The notes beneath the pieces were generated by a model. It saw only the letters and a program-made list of their open reading frames with translations, ran no database searches and was not told where the DNA came from. A stretch of DNA of 64,000 nt from Anaerolineae bacterium (GTDB lineage: Bacteria > Chloroflexota > Anaerolineae > B4-G1). The stretch spans positions 22,283 to 86,282 of the forward strand of contig JAWLCP010000001.1 in assembly GCA_041687115.1 (NCBI GenBank), written 5' to 3'. Below, piece by piece: positions 19,373 through 28,473 of the stretch. How positions within the stretch are numbered: position 1 is the stretch's first letter; the number at the start of each line of letters is the position of its first letter. The position numbers and the translations under genes are program-made.

Positions 19373-20722
19373 TCACGGGCTCTGTCCAAGTAGATCGTAT
19401 TCCAGCGCGGCGGTCACGCGGATCGGCACAATCTCGCCGACCGGTAGTTCTTCCTCGATCAACACGAGCCCGTCCACCTCGGGGGCATCGCGGTACGAGC
19501 GCCCGACGCTCAGGCCTTCGTCTTGACCCTCGATGAGCACGTCCAGGACTTCCCCGACTAGTGCCTGGTTCTTCGCGTGAGAGATAGGCTGTTGCGCTGC
19601 CAGAAGCCGGTCACGGCGCTCTGTCTTGACCTCAGGCGGTATATCATCCTCCAGTTCCGCAGCCCAGGTCCCCTCTTCGTGCGAGTAGGTGAAGACTCCC
19701 ACCCGGTCAAACTGCATCTCGTCCACGAACTGAAGAAGCGTTCGAAACTCCTCCTCGGTCTCACCCGGGTAGCCTACCAAGAAAGTAGTCCGGATTGCGA
19801 TCTCGGGCATGACCTCCCGCAACTGGTCTATCATCTGGCGCACCCGATCCGTCCTCGCTGGGCGTCGCATGCGGCGGAGCACGCCTGGATGGGCATGCTG
19901 GAGCGGCAGGTCAAGGTAGGGCAGAATCTGTCGATGGCTGGCCATGGTCTCAATCAATCGCTGCGTGAGACCAGTGCGGCTCGGGTAGGTATACATTAGC
20001 CGGATCCAGGGCACCTGCGGCACAGTCGCGACCAGCTGATCAAGCAGTTCCGCCAGGCCGTGTTCCATCCTCAGATCCCGACCGTAATCCGTAGTGTCCT
20101 GCGCGATCAAGATGATCTCCCGGACACCGAGGTCGGCTAACCTTCCTGCATCGGCCAGAATGGCCTCTGGTGAACGGCTCACGGTGGGCCCTTTGATGAG
20201 CGGGATGGCACAGAAGGCACATGCGCGGCGACAACCGTCCGCGAGCTTCAGATAGGCACTACTTCCTTGTACCGCCGCACGAACGACCCCGTGCGTGTCC
20301 TGGCCCACGGTTCCCACGTCTGGCACGTGATAGAGAGGCTTTGAGGACCGGAGCTGCCCACCTCGCCCGTCTAGCCGCTCGGCCACCTCCACAATATCCA
20401 TCCAACGTCGCGTGCCCATGAGGCCATCGATTTCCGGGACTGCTTTGGCTAGCTTGTCAGGACAACGTTGCGAGTAGCACCCAGCGGCGATGATTCGCTG
20501 GTGCGGCTGCTTACTCTGCGCCAGTTCCTGTAGCACAGTGCGGGATTCCTGTCGCGCCGACTCAATGAATCCGCAGGTGTTGACAATGAGTAGCTCAGCG
20601 GTATCCGGGTCGGGTGCTGGGGTATACCCGGCGCGCCGGAGCAGCGTCGCAATCCCTTCGCTGTCAACCAGGTTCTTGGGACAGCCAAGGGATATCAGGT
20701 AGAAGCTTCGCGATCCACTCAT
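19373..20722 (-). CDS. rimO: Ribosomal protein S12 methylthiotransferase RimO
   Basis: N-terminal MTTase domain (FYLISLGCPKNLVDSE), radical-SAM CAFCAIP and a TRAM domain. Confidence 0.85.
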   Translation of the reverse strand: MSGSRSFYLISLGCPKNLVDSEGIATLLRRAGYTPAPDPDTAELLIVNTCGFIESARQESRTVLQELAQSKQPHQRIIAAGCYSQRCPDKLAKAVPEIDGLMGTRRWMDIVEVAERLDGRGGQLRSSKPLYHVPDVGTVGQDTHGVVRAAVQGSSAYLKLADGCRRACAFCAIPLIKGPTVSRSPEAILADAGRLADLGVREIILIAQDTTDYGRDLRMEHGLAELLDQLVATVPQVPWIRLMYTYPSRTGLTQRLIETMASHRQILPYLDLPLQHAHPGVLRRMRRPARTDRVRQMIDQLREVMPEIAIRTTFLVGYPGETEEEFRTLLQFVDEMQFDRVGVFTYSHEEGTWAAELEDDIPPEVKTERRDRLLAAQQPISHAKNQALVGEVLDVLIEGQDEGLSVGRSYRDAPEVDGLVLIEEELPVGEIVPIRVTAALEYDLLGQSP

Positions 20723-20810
20723 GACAAAGATGCCGATACAAAACGAGCGGGCTTGCTGCCCGCTGTCGCACTCTAGTCCACGTCAGTTTCTAACGGGGCG
20801 TGAAACAGGC

Positions 20811-21470
20811 CTAGGATGGGACGAGCCTGCCGGTCGATCTCCAAGAGTGCGTGCAGACCAGACCGTGCCCATCGGTGGCTCCCTGGGCTCGTCTGCTTAT
20901 GCTCACGCGAAGCCGGGCACTCTCCTCTACCTCTGGGACGGTGATTTCCCCAAAGGCGATCTCCCTGCATGCAACCGTTGGCATCGGGCGAAGAGATTGA
21001 TCGGCCTCAGGTTGATTAACCACGTAGCTCACGAGGGCTAGAACCGCGAGTAGGACAGTGAGCAGGATACCTACAATCAACACGGTTTCCACGCTCATCC
21101 AGCGCGGAAGAGACGAGGATACCGGGATGTCGCGGGGGTGGAAGCGAATCGAAGTCAGGTCGTCACTGGGCTCGGGTGATTCGGACTGCGCCTCCACAAG
21201 CGCGGTCGCCGGGGTCGGAGTCTGCGAGTCGTACACCTCGGCGCTGTAGCGGCCCAGCACATCTTCTGGCGACAGATCGAGATACCGTGCGTAGATGCGC
21301 AGAAATCCTCGCAGCTGCACGTCACCGCCGGGAAATGCAGCGAAGTCGCCCGCCTCCAACAACTCCAGGAATCTGGCTCGGATGCGGGTTGCCTTCTCCG
21401 CCTCCTCCAATGTGCTTCCCTTCGCCTTACGGGCTTCGCGCAGCCATCGGCCAAGTTTCTCCATCGTCAT
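20811..21470 (-). CDS. rodZ: RodZ-like HTH (XRE) membrane protein
   Basis: N-terminal HTH LGRWLREARKAKGSTLEEAEKATRIRARFLELLEAGDF, then a Pro/Ser linker and a single TM helix. Confidence 0.6.
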   Translation of the reverse strand: MTMEKLGRWLREARKAKGSTLEEAEKATRIRARFLELLEAGDFAAFPGGDVQLRGFLRIYARYLDLSPEDVLGRYSAEVYDSQTPTPATALVEAQSESPEPSDDLTSIRFHPRDIPVSSSLPRWMSVETVLIVGILLTVLLAVLALVSYVVNQPEADQSLRPMPTVACREIAFGEITVPEVEESARLRVSISRRAQGATDGHGLVCTHSWRSTGRLVPS

Positions 21471-21539
21471 ATCCTCACAGCGACTCAGCCGGCGATAGAA
21501 AGACGAGGCACCTCCCTCGGCAGGTTCGACATCTGTTGG

Positions 21540-21995
21540 CTATTCGCTACCTTCTGGCCTCACGACGACTCTGACTTGAGGCTCCACGTCCTCCATTAGG
21601 TGTATAGGAACGAAGTGTTCTCCCACCTCGCGAATGGGCTCAGGGAGAGGAATATCCCGCCTGTCGATCTCTACGCCAACCTGCTCTTCCAGGGCCTTGG
21701 CGATGTCTGCATTGGTGATGGAACCATAGAGCTGACCTGTCTCCCCAGTCTTGACCTCGAAGGTAAGTGTGTGTGCGGTCAGACGCCGAGCAAGAGCTTC
21801 CGAACGCTTCTTCATTCGCTCGTGCTTGCGCGACTGCACTTCTTGCCGGTGCTCGAAGTCCTTCATCGTACTGAGCGTGGCTCTCACGGCCATTCCCTGC
21901 GGGATCAGGTAGTTGCGAGCGTAGCCGTCCGCAACCTCTTCAATATCCCCCTCTTGTCCCAGGTTAGGCACGTCCTGCTTCAGAATGACCTTCAC
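21540..21995 (-). CDS. rplI: Ribosomal protein L9
   Basis: MKVILKQDVPNLGQEGDIEEVADGYARNYLIPQGMA is the canonical L9 N-domain. Confidence 0.9.
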   Translation of the reverse strand: MKVILKQDVPNLGQEGDIEEVADGYARNYLIPQGMAVRATLSTMKDFEHRQEVQSRKHERMKKRSEALARRLTAHTLTFEVKTGETGQLYGSITNADIAKALEEQVGVEIDRRDIPLPEPIREVGEHFVPIHLMEDVEPQVRVVVRPEGSE

Positions 21996-22041
21996 GGTAA
22001 TTCACCTCCAACGTGATCGGTTAACCCACGAGTGGCATGAA

Positions 22042-22125
22042 TAGGGCGGGTGGGATTCGAACCCACACGTCCTCTCGGACAGAGGATTTTAAGTCCCCGG
22101 CGTCTTCCCGTTCCGCCACCGCCCC
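22042..22125 (-). tRNA. tRNA-Leu(UAA), type II with long variable arm
   Basis: I folded it by hand. Acceptor GGGGCGG/CCGCCCU. D-arm GCG-11 nt loop-CGC. Anticodon stem GGGGA/UCCUC with loop CUUAAAA (anticodon UAA). Variable stem-loop GUCCGAGAGGAC. T-arm GUGGG-UUCGAAU-CCCAC. Discriminator A. CCA is not encoded. Confidence 0.85.
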
Positions 22126-22176
22126 GCATACAGCGCGGGCAGCTTGAGGCTGCCCGCGGTTAGTCGCAAAGGAAAG

Positions 22177-22248
22177 AGGCGGCGGCCGGATTCGAACCGG
22201 CGCATGGGACTTTTGCAGAGTCCTGCCTTTCCACTTGGCTACGCCGCC
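22177..22248 (-). tRNA. tRNA-Cys(GCA)
   Basis: Acceptor GGCGGCG/CGCCGCC. Anticodon stem GGACU/AGUCC with loop CUGCAAA (anticodon GCA). T-arm GCCGG-UUCGAAU-CCGGC. Discriminator U. 72 nt. Confidence 0.85.
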
Positions 22249-22368
22249 CTGCCCATCAAAATTCTACCACACCTTGCCTCTCTCTGCAACCCCGTGACCG
22301 CGACCGCCGCAAACGTAGGTGCGGGCTCGGTCGTCGCGGGGAAGCCAGTTGGTGCCCAAGACAACCCC

Positions 22369-22815
22369 TCAGTGTGCTGACTGCGGTTCCTTATCCTCCT
22401 TGAACGTCTGCCTGATCTGTGGTAGGTTCAGTGGTATCCAGAAGAGGCACAGAAGACTCACGGTCAGCGCCACGTCTCGAGGGATCGTCTGACGGGCGTA
22501 ATCAGACCCGCTGAACAGGAGGCGGTTGGCCCATGCGTTCGTCTCATACAGAGTCACCGCTGCTAGGGCAGCCCATCGACCCCACTCGCAGAAGGAGGAG
22601 AGGCCTACGCTGCAGACAATGAACGTGACTCCCCAGAGTCCCGCTGTCGCCGCCAGGTAGTCCAGCGAAACAGTCGTCGGCAGACCGGGGAGACGGGCTG
22701 CGAAGTGCACAGCCAGCACTGCGCGTCCCAGGTTCGTCAAGCCCAGCACGAGCGTCAATGCGCTCAAGAGAATCACGCCCTTCTGGGACAGCGTGAGCTG
22801 CTTCAGAGCCCCCAC
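22369..22815 (-). CDS. Hypothetical small integral membrane protein (4 TM)
   Basis: Hydrophobic segments with coding-like periodicity. No recognisable family. Confidence 0.45.
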   Translation of the reverse strand: MGALKQLTLSQKGVILLSALTLVLGLTNLGRAVLAVHFAARLPGLPTTVSLDYLAATAGLWGVTFIVCSVGLSSFCEWGRWAALAAVTLYETNAWANRLLFSGSDYARQTIPRDVALTVSLLCLFWIPLNLPQIRQTFKEDKEPQSAH

Positions 22816-22825
22816 AGTCCCGCGC

Positions 22826-23857
22826 TTACGGTCTGAGCACGATCTTGCCGAACTTGTCTCCGGATTCGAGAATGTCGAAGGCCCTCGTTCCCTCTGAAAG
22901 AGGCATCACGCGGTCTACCACAGGCCTGAGCTTCCCGGCCCAGACGAGGTCCATCACGTCCCGGAAGTCCTGGTGGTTACCCATTGTGGAACCGATGAGA
23001 CTGATCTGCTTGCCGAAGATGTATCGGGTGTCGATCTCAGCATGGGGGCCGGACGTGTTGCCGACGATGACGATGCGACCGCCTCGCACCACCGCTCGCA
23101 TGCTCTGAGCGAGCGTGGCCTGCCCAACGTTGTCAACCACCACATCCACGCCGCGACGACTGGTCATCTTGTAGATCGTCTTGCTCCACTGGGGATCCTC
23201 GCGATAGTTGAGCACGACGTCAGCGCCCAGCTCTCGGGCCTTCTTCATCTTCTCCTCGGTACTGGTGAGCGCATACACATGAGCCCCGGCCAGTTTGGCA
23301 ATCTGAATCGCCATTGAGTTGACCCCGCCGCCAGCCCCCACAACCAGCACCGATTCACCCGGGCGGAGTCCCGCGCGATGGATGAGCATTCGCCAGGCTG
23401 TGAGGGACACCAGCAGGGGCGCCGCTGCTTCAGCGAAGTCCCATCTCTCGGGCATAGCCACCAGGTTCCGCGCTGGAACGGTCACGAACTCGGCGTGACC
23501 GCCCCGGATGTCTTCCCCCAGGATGATGTACCCAGGACTGACGGAATGCTCGCCTCGATGGGTGAATTCGTCCTCACGGGTCGTGATGCCCGGGTCGACC
23601 ACAATAGGATGACCCACCTCCCAGCCGTCAACCTCGTCCCCGAGCTCCGCGATCTCACCAGCCACATCGGAACCGCCCCAATGAGGCATCTGCAGATCGA
23701 GCCCCGGCCACCCTTGACGCACAAATACGTCCAGGTGGTTGAGACCGGTCGCCCGCACGTGCACCAGAACCTCACCAGCGGCAGGTGTGGGACGGGGCAC
23801 GTCCGTGTATTCCAGGACATCCAAACTGCCGTGTTCGTAGAAGCAGAGAGCCTTCAC
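22826..23857 (-). CDS. Zinc-binding alcohol dehydrogenase / quinone oxidoreductase (MDR superfamily)
   Basis: GroES-like N-domain and Rossmann VLVVGAGGGVNSMAIQIAK. Confidence 0.8.
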   Translation of the reverse strand: MKALCFYEHGSLDVLEYTDVPRPTPAAGEVLVHVRATGLNHLDVFVRQGWPGLDLQMPHWGGSDVAGEIAELGDEVDGWEVGHPIVVDPGITTREDEFTHRGEHSVSPGYIILGEDIRGGHAEFVTVPARNLVAMPERWDFAEAAAPLLVSLTAWRMLIHRAGLRPGESVLVVGAGGGVNSMAIQIAKLAGAHVYALTSTEEKMKKARELGADVVLNYREDPQWSKTIYKMTSRRGVDVVVDNVGQATLAQSMRAVVRGGRIVIVGNTSGPHAEIDTRYIFGKQISLIGSTMGNHQDFRDVMDLVWAGKLRPVVDRVMPLSEGTRAFDILESGDKFGKIVLRP

Positions 23858-23872
23858 ATGACCTCCGTGTGT

Positions 23873-25042
23873 CTACCGCAACCCTGTCTCGGTCCGTGCG
23901 ATCACCATGCGCAGAATCTCGTTGGTCCCCTCGTAGATTTGGGTGACCTTCGCGTCGCGGAAGTAGCGCTCGATTGGGAGTTCTTTGCTGTACCCCATGC
24001 CCGCGTGGACTTGCACAGCCTCCGTCGTCACCCACATTGCCGTGTCAGAGGCGAAGAGTTTGGCCATTGCAGATTCCAGGGTGTAGCGAGCCCCCGTCTT
24101 CTTTGCCTCATCCTTGGCCAACGCTGCGCGATAGACGAGCAATCGGCTCGCGTCAATACGGGTCCTCATGTCGGCCAACTTCTGCTGAATCATCTGGAAC
24201 TCGCCGATCTTCTGACCGAACGCTTCCCGTTCCTGGGCATATTCAGCTGAGGCTTCGTACGCGGCCCGGGCGATTCCCACCGCCTGAGCGGCTATCCCAA
24301 TACGACCGGCATCCAGGACCGACATGGCAATCTTGAAACCTTCACCCTCCTCCCCAAGTCGCATTTCCACCGGGCACTTGTAGTCATCGAAATGGATCTC
24401 GCAAGTTGCCGACGCACGGATCCCTAGCTTCGGTTCGGTCTTCCCCCGCGAGAAGCCAGGACCGTCAGTGTCGATAAGAAGGGCGCTAACGCCGCGGTAG
24501 CGGGGCTTGGCGTCAGGATCCGTCTGTGCGAAGAGCAGGATGTACTTCGCCACTGGCCCGCTGCTGATCCACGATTTGGTGCCATTGATGACGTAGTGGG
24601 AACCGTCGGGAGACCGCTCAGCTGTCACGCGGATGTTACTCGCGTCGGAGCCGGACTGAGGCTCGGTCAGTGCATAGGAGCCGACCACCTCGCCGCTGGC
24701 GACGGCTCGGAGGTACTTCTGCTTCTGTTCCTCGGTTCCGTAGCGTTGAATGCCGTAGCAGACGAGTGAATTGCAGACAGACATGATGACGCCGTGGGAG
24801 GCATCTACCTTGGATATCTCCTCCAGAGCCAGGACGTAGGCGAGTGTATCCATTCCGGCACCGCCGTATTCCTCCGGCACGGCGATGCCCATGAAGCCGT
24901 GGGCTCCCATCTTGGCGATGGTCTCTTGAGGAAACTCACCAGTCTCATCGTGTTCAGCCGCGATAGGCGCGATCTCGGACTGGGCGAACTCACGGGCCAT
25001 GTCGCGGATCATGCGGTGTTCGTCACTTAGCTGCAGATTCAT
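23873..25042 (-). CDS. Acyl-CoA dehydrogenase (short/medium chain type)
   Basis: ACAD N, M and C domains (GSYALTEPQSGSDA; catalytic-base region YEGTNEI). Confidence 0.85.
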   Translation of the reverse strand: MNLQLSDEHRMIRDMAREFAQSEIAPIAAEHDETGEFPQETIAKMGAHGFMGIAVPEEYGGAGMDTLAYVLALEEISKVDASHGVIMSVCNSLVCYGIQRYGTEEQKQKYLRAVASGEVVGSYALTEPQSGSDASNIRVTAERSPDGSHYVINGTKSWISSGPVAKYILLFAQTDPDAKPRYRGVSALLIDTDGPGFSRGKTEPKLGIRASATCEIHFDDYKCPVEMRLGEEGEGFKIAMSVLDAGRIGIAAQAVGIARAAYEASAEYAQEREAFGQKIGEFQMIQQKLADMRTRIDASRLLVYRAALAKDEAKKTGARYTLESAMAKLFASDTAMWVTTEAVQVHAGMGYSKELPIERYFRDAKVTQIYEGTNEILRMVIARTETGLR

Positions 25043-25159
25043 CTCCGAGTCTCCTTTGATTGCTGAAGTCTTCGATATATCCCAGGTCCAATTCAGGACA
25101 GGTCTGGGACAAGAGCCTGAATATGCTCTGCGTGCCTTTCAAACTAGCCCGACGCTCTG

Positions 25160-26989
25160 TCAACCACCAAGCGAAAGATCGACGAATTCCTGACCCTCTT
25201 GTGTCGTCAGATGGGTTCCCTGTTCATCGTAGAGCCCTACCCGTGCAACCACTTCGCCAGAGATGGCCTGAGGTACGGTAAGGTAATGCACGTCGCGAAC
25301 GACGGTTCCGGGGGGCAGCACGCTGGTCGGGCGATGCGCATCGGCTGGCCAGCTGTCGTGCTGGGCCAGCAGCTGCCCGTCGTGGCTCAATGCGTGGACG
25401 AAGACGGTGTAGTTCCTGTCGATGGATCCCTCTACCCGCCAGAAGAGTGACACTCGCATGGTGGATCCGGCAGGTACTGTGTACGACATCGGTCCAAACG
25501 CCTCCCCTGGGGGCGCCACGGCGATGCTGTAGCCGGTCAGCGTGAGCCTCTTATCCCACTCCTGTCCACTTCTCGATTCGGGCAGGACACGCCCTGCGTA
25601 TCGAAAGATGTACAGACTGCCTACTTGGTGCTCTATATCGTACTCCGTCCCGGCGAGCACATTGTGGAAGAGTGTCCGGTAGGCGGGGGTCTCCACTGGG
25701 TAGGTCTTCATCCCTCGATCTAGTACGACATACTCCGGAGCCGTCTCGTCGGGAAACCAAGGGAAGAGGTAGATCTGCTCACGGTGAGAGAGATGTGGCA
25801 CCAATGGATCTTGGGCTGCCACAGTCGCGCTGACCGGTATCTGCTGTAATGCAGCTGCTACCTGTTGGTGGTGTCTGGTTACCCTGAATCGCTCCAGGTG
25901 GGGCCAGTGTTGAGGACGCAGCTCGCTGAGCGTCGCGTATCCAGCCGCACTGGCAACCAGAAGGATGGCTAGCGCTCCTGTGCGTGGGCGCCCGCGTAGG
26001 CGCGAGGCACCCAATCCTACAGCCCAGAAGAGAATAGGAAGGATCGGAGAGGGGTACCAGGCTTGCAGCCTACCCATAGTCGTGGATGTACTGACGAGCA
26101 GGTAGCCGAGAAAGGGAAGGACAAGGGCGGCGATTTCGGGAGCAAGGAAGAACAGAAAGCCCGTTGGCCAACACAACCTTACCACCGCCTTCCATCGCTC
26201 AGGACGCGCTGCGTACTCAAGTAGTACAGTGGGATCTCGGAGGACAGTGTAGACCATCTCCTTTGGGGAGTCACCTAAGTAGGAGAGGTACTTCCCGGCG
26301 GCCCGGTAAGTCCCACCAAACGCCGGAACAGCAGCGAGGGGAACCAGAATGACCCATGCCAACCCGAGGACCATGAGTGGAAGACCCACCCTCGTTGACT
26401 GACGCGCCAGTGACAAGTACAGGCCCAGCCCCGCCGCAAGGAAAGCCATATCCTCCTTGCACAGTAATCCCAATACCAGCCCCAGCACCATCCAAGCATA
26501 CCTGCGCTTGAGCATCTGGTAGATGCTGAAGGATGCAGCAAGCACGGCAGCCGTCACTCGCCGGAACTCAACGAGGTTCACCTGATGAACGGACGGGTGC
26601 AATGCGTACGCCACGTACACGGCCAGGCCTAACCACGGGGCCTCATCTCGGAAGAACCAGTAGATGAGGAACCCGGCCCCGCCGAGACAGATCGATTGGA
26701 GGATGAAAAGCAGCCGTATATCCTCCCATACCCAATACAACGGCGCATAGAGGGCCAGGGCAGGCGAGAAGTGTCCTTGGACAGCGGATTGCTGCGTTAT
26801 CGTGCTGTAGGGACGGCGCCCCTGTGCTGCGTTCCAGATCATCTGATCAAACTTGCCCAAGTCCAAAGCGTTCGTGCGGAAGCCGTTATGTTGACGGATC
26901 GTCATCCAGGAGAACGCGGTCACGTAGAGCAGCAGCAACCCGAGCGCAATCCAGTCCGGGAGTTGGAGCTTATTGAGGAGACGCTTCAC
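25160..26989 (-). CDS. Large polytopic membrane protein, DUF2079/GT-C-like
   Basis: ~12 TM N-terminal domain with LDLGKFDQMIW motif, plus a C-terminal soluble beta-rich domain. The family call is from memory of the DUF2079 signature. Confidence 0.5.
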   Translation of the reverse strand: MKRLLNKLQLPDWIALGLLLLYVTAFSWMTIRQHNGFRTNALDLGKFDQMIWNAAQGRRPYSTITQQSAVQGHFSPALALYAPLYWVWEDIRLLFILQSICLGGAGFLIYWFFRDEAPWLGLAVYVAYALHPSVHQVNLVEFRRVTAAVLAASFSIYQMLKRRYAWMVLGLVLGLLCKEDMAFLAAGLGLYLSLARQSTRVGLPLMVLGLAWVILVPLAAVPAFGGTYRAAGKYLSYLGDSPKEMVYTVLRDPTVLLEYAARPERWKAVVRLCWPTGFLFFLAPEIAALVLPFLGYLLVSTSTTMGRLQAWYPSPILPILFWAVGLGASRLRGRPRTGALAILLVASAAGYATLSELRPQHWPHLERFRVTRHHQQVAAALQQIPVSATVAAQDPLVPHLSHREQIYLFPWFPDETAPEYVVLDRGMKTYPVETPAYRTLFHNVLAGTEYDIEHQVGSLYIFRYAGRVLPESRSGQEWDKRLTLTGYSIAVAPPGEAFGPMSYTVPAGSTMRVSLFWRVEGSIDRNYTVFVHALSHDGQLLAQHDSWPADAHRPTSVLPPGTVVRDVHYLTVPQAISGEVVARVGLYDEQGTHLTTQEGQEFVDLSLGG

Positions 26990-27026
26990 CCTTATCGCAT
27001 CCTAACAGCTTGCAGAGGCACGTGTT

Positions 27027-27066
27027 TTGGGATAAGTTGGGATATATTTGGGATATCTTTGGGATA
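27027..27066. repeat. Four phased direct repeats of TTGGGATA (spacing 10/11/11 bp) in the 92-bp intergenic region upstream of the DUF2079-like gene
   Basis: Copies at 27027, 27037, 27048 and 27059. Helical-turn periodicity suggests a binding-site array. Confidence 0.6.
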
Positions 27067-27081
27067 AATCAGCCTGGCGGA

Positions 27082-28446
27082 TCACCGTAAGATGTAATAC
27101 GTGCCCTTCTTGGCCCCGATCTTCAGCAGCAATCCTCTGTCCACCAGCTCGGCCAGATCGAGCCTGAGGGTCTCGGGACTTAGACCGGGACATAGATCGC
27201 GATACTCGCGGTTGGTGATACGCCCTCTCTTCTCCACGTAGGCAAGGGCTTTCGCTTGGCGCTCGCTCACTCGACCGGCCCACTCCGGTTGGGGCTCTCG
27301 CTCAAGCACATTATACAGGGTGACACTGAAGGAGTAGGGGCTGTCCTTGAACTTCGGGGGAGGATGACCAGCTCGGACCATCTCGTCGATCATCAGATCG
27401 ACCCCCAGCCCCAATTCCTCGATGTAGCCCCATTGATAGAGCCCGGAGACGATGCATGGATTGCGAGAGAAATGCTCGTCGACGATGTTGTCCACGGTAA
27501 TGAAGCCGGGTAGGCCTCCCGGGCTGGTAATCTCCATGCGGTCCGAGAACATGCGGACTTCGATCCGCCGCCCACGCAGGCGGTAATCGCGATGTGCCAC
27601 AGCGTTGACCAATGCCTCCCGCACAGCAGAGATTGGGTACTCAGTCCGTTCCTTCCGCTCAAGCTCGGTGACCACCGCTCCTGTCCGCATCTCTTCGCCG
27701 ACAACCTGCCAGGCCCGCCGGATGATCTGGGGAAGTGGGCCCCCGATCTCCTCCCGCCGTCCGTAGCCAGGATGCCCGTCCTCACCGCGCGGCTCGGTTC
27801 CGACGAATTTCACGAACGTCAGCCCGCTCTGCGGCAAGAAGACCTGAGGACTCGACGCGAACAACAGAACCCCTGCCACCGTGGGACGCCCCTCTTCGGT
27901 CAGAGCACCTATCTCAAGCAGCAGGTCGTCCACGGAGTGGGCCCACGCTCGGTGCTGGCGTTCTCCCCACTTCTCGATGAACTCCTCGATCACTCTGTTG
28001 TCGAAGTCGTCGCGTTGTGCGCCTGGCGCGACCTCGGCCTCGAAGTCGCCCGTTGACTTCGTGGCGGCCAGTTGGCGAATCTCATCTCCGCTGAGCGGGC
28101 GGTTCTGTGACCCGGTGCGGACCAGTACTCGCCCGTCAGCCAGGCTGTGGAGCTCGGGGCTGCGATTGACCACGATGGAGAAGACTAGACCCTCCTCGGC
28201 AGTTGCCTGATGCCAACGAGCCTCTACTGGAGGACGGCATTTCTCCACCGCAGATTGGAGTGCCATCTCAACCTCGTCGGAGAACATCTCTCCGCTCACT
28301 CGACCCTCCTGGTCGATGCCGATGAGGATGGTACCGCCGTCGGAGTTGGCGAAGGCGACCAGGGTCTCTGCGAGAGCCCAAGCGTTGGGCTCTGGCATCA
28401 GAGCTCGCATCTGCCCCTCTTGCCACTCCTCTAGATAATCTTCCAT
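27082..28446 (-). CDS. AlbA_2 (Schlafen-like divergent AAA) + HATPase_c_4 + C-terminal wHTH protein; often annotated as a putative transcriptional regulator or RecG-like DNA-binding protein
   Basis: N-terminal ETLVAFANSDGGTILIGIDQEGRVSG (AlbA_2), central AVREALVNAVAHRDY (HATPase_c_4), and a C-terminal winged helix. Confidence 0.6.
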   Translation of the reverse strand: MEDYLEEWQEGQMRALMPEPNAWALAETLVAFANSDGGTILIGIDQEGRVSGEMFSDEVEMALQSAVEKCRPPVEARWHQATAEEGLVFSIVVNRSPELHSLADGRVLVRTGSQNRPLSGDEIRQLAATKSTGDFEAEVAPGAQRDDFDNRVIEEFIEKWGERQHRAWAHSVDDLLLEIGALTEEGRPTVAGVLLFASSPQVFLPQSGLTFVKFVGTEPRGEDGHPGYGRREEIGGPLPQIIRRAWQVVGEEMRTGAVVTELERKERTEYPISAVREALVNAVAHRDYRLRGRRIEVRMFSDRMEITSPGGLPGFITVDNIVDEHFSRNPCIVSGLYQWGYIEELGLGVDLMIDEMVRAGHPPPKFKDSPYSFSVTLYNVLEREPQPEWAGRVSERQAKALAYVEKRGRITNREYRDLCPGLSPETLRLDLAELVDRGLLLKIGAKKGTYYILR

Positions 28447-28473
28447 CTCTCTTGGACTAGTCCCAGGATCGTG

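Noticed and set aside
22042-22248. tRNA pair as an integration hotspot or genomic island boundary
   Set aside because: No integrase, direct repeat of the tRNA 3' end, or compositional shift is visible on either side. The flanking genes (rplI, a membrane protein, dehydrogenases) are housekeeping.
27027-27066. TTGGGATA repeat array as a CRISPR array
   Set aside because: The repeats are only 8 bp with 2-3-bp spacers. That is far too short for CRISPR, and no cas genes are present.
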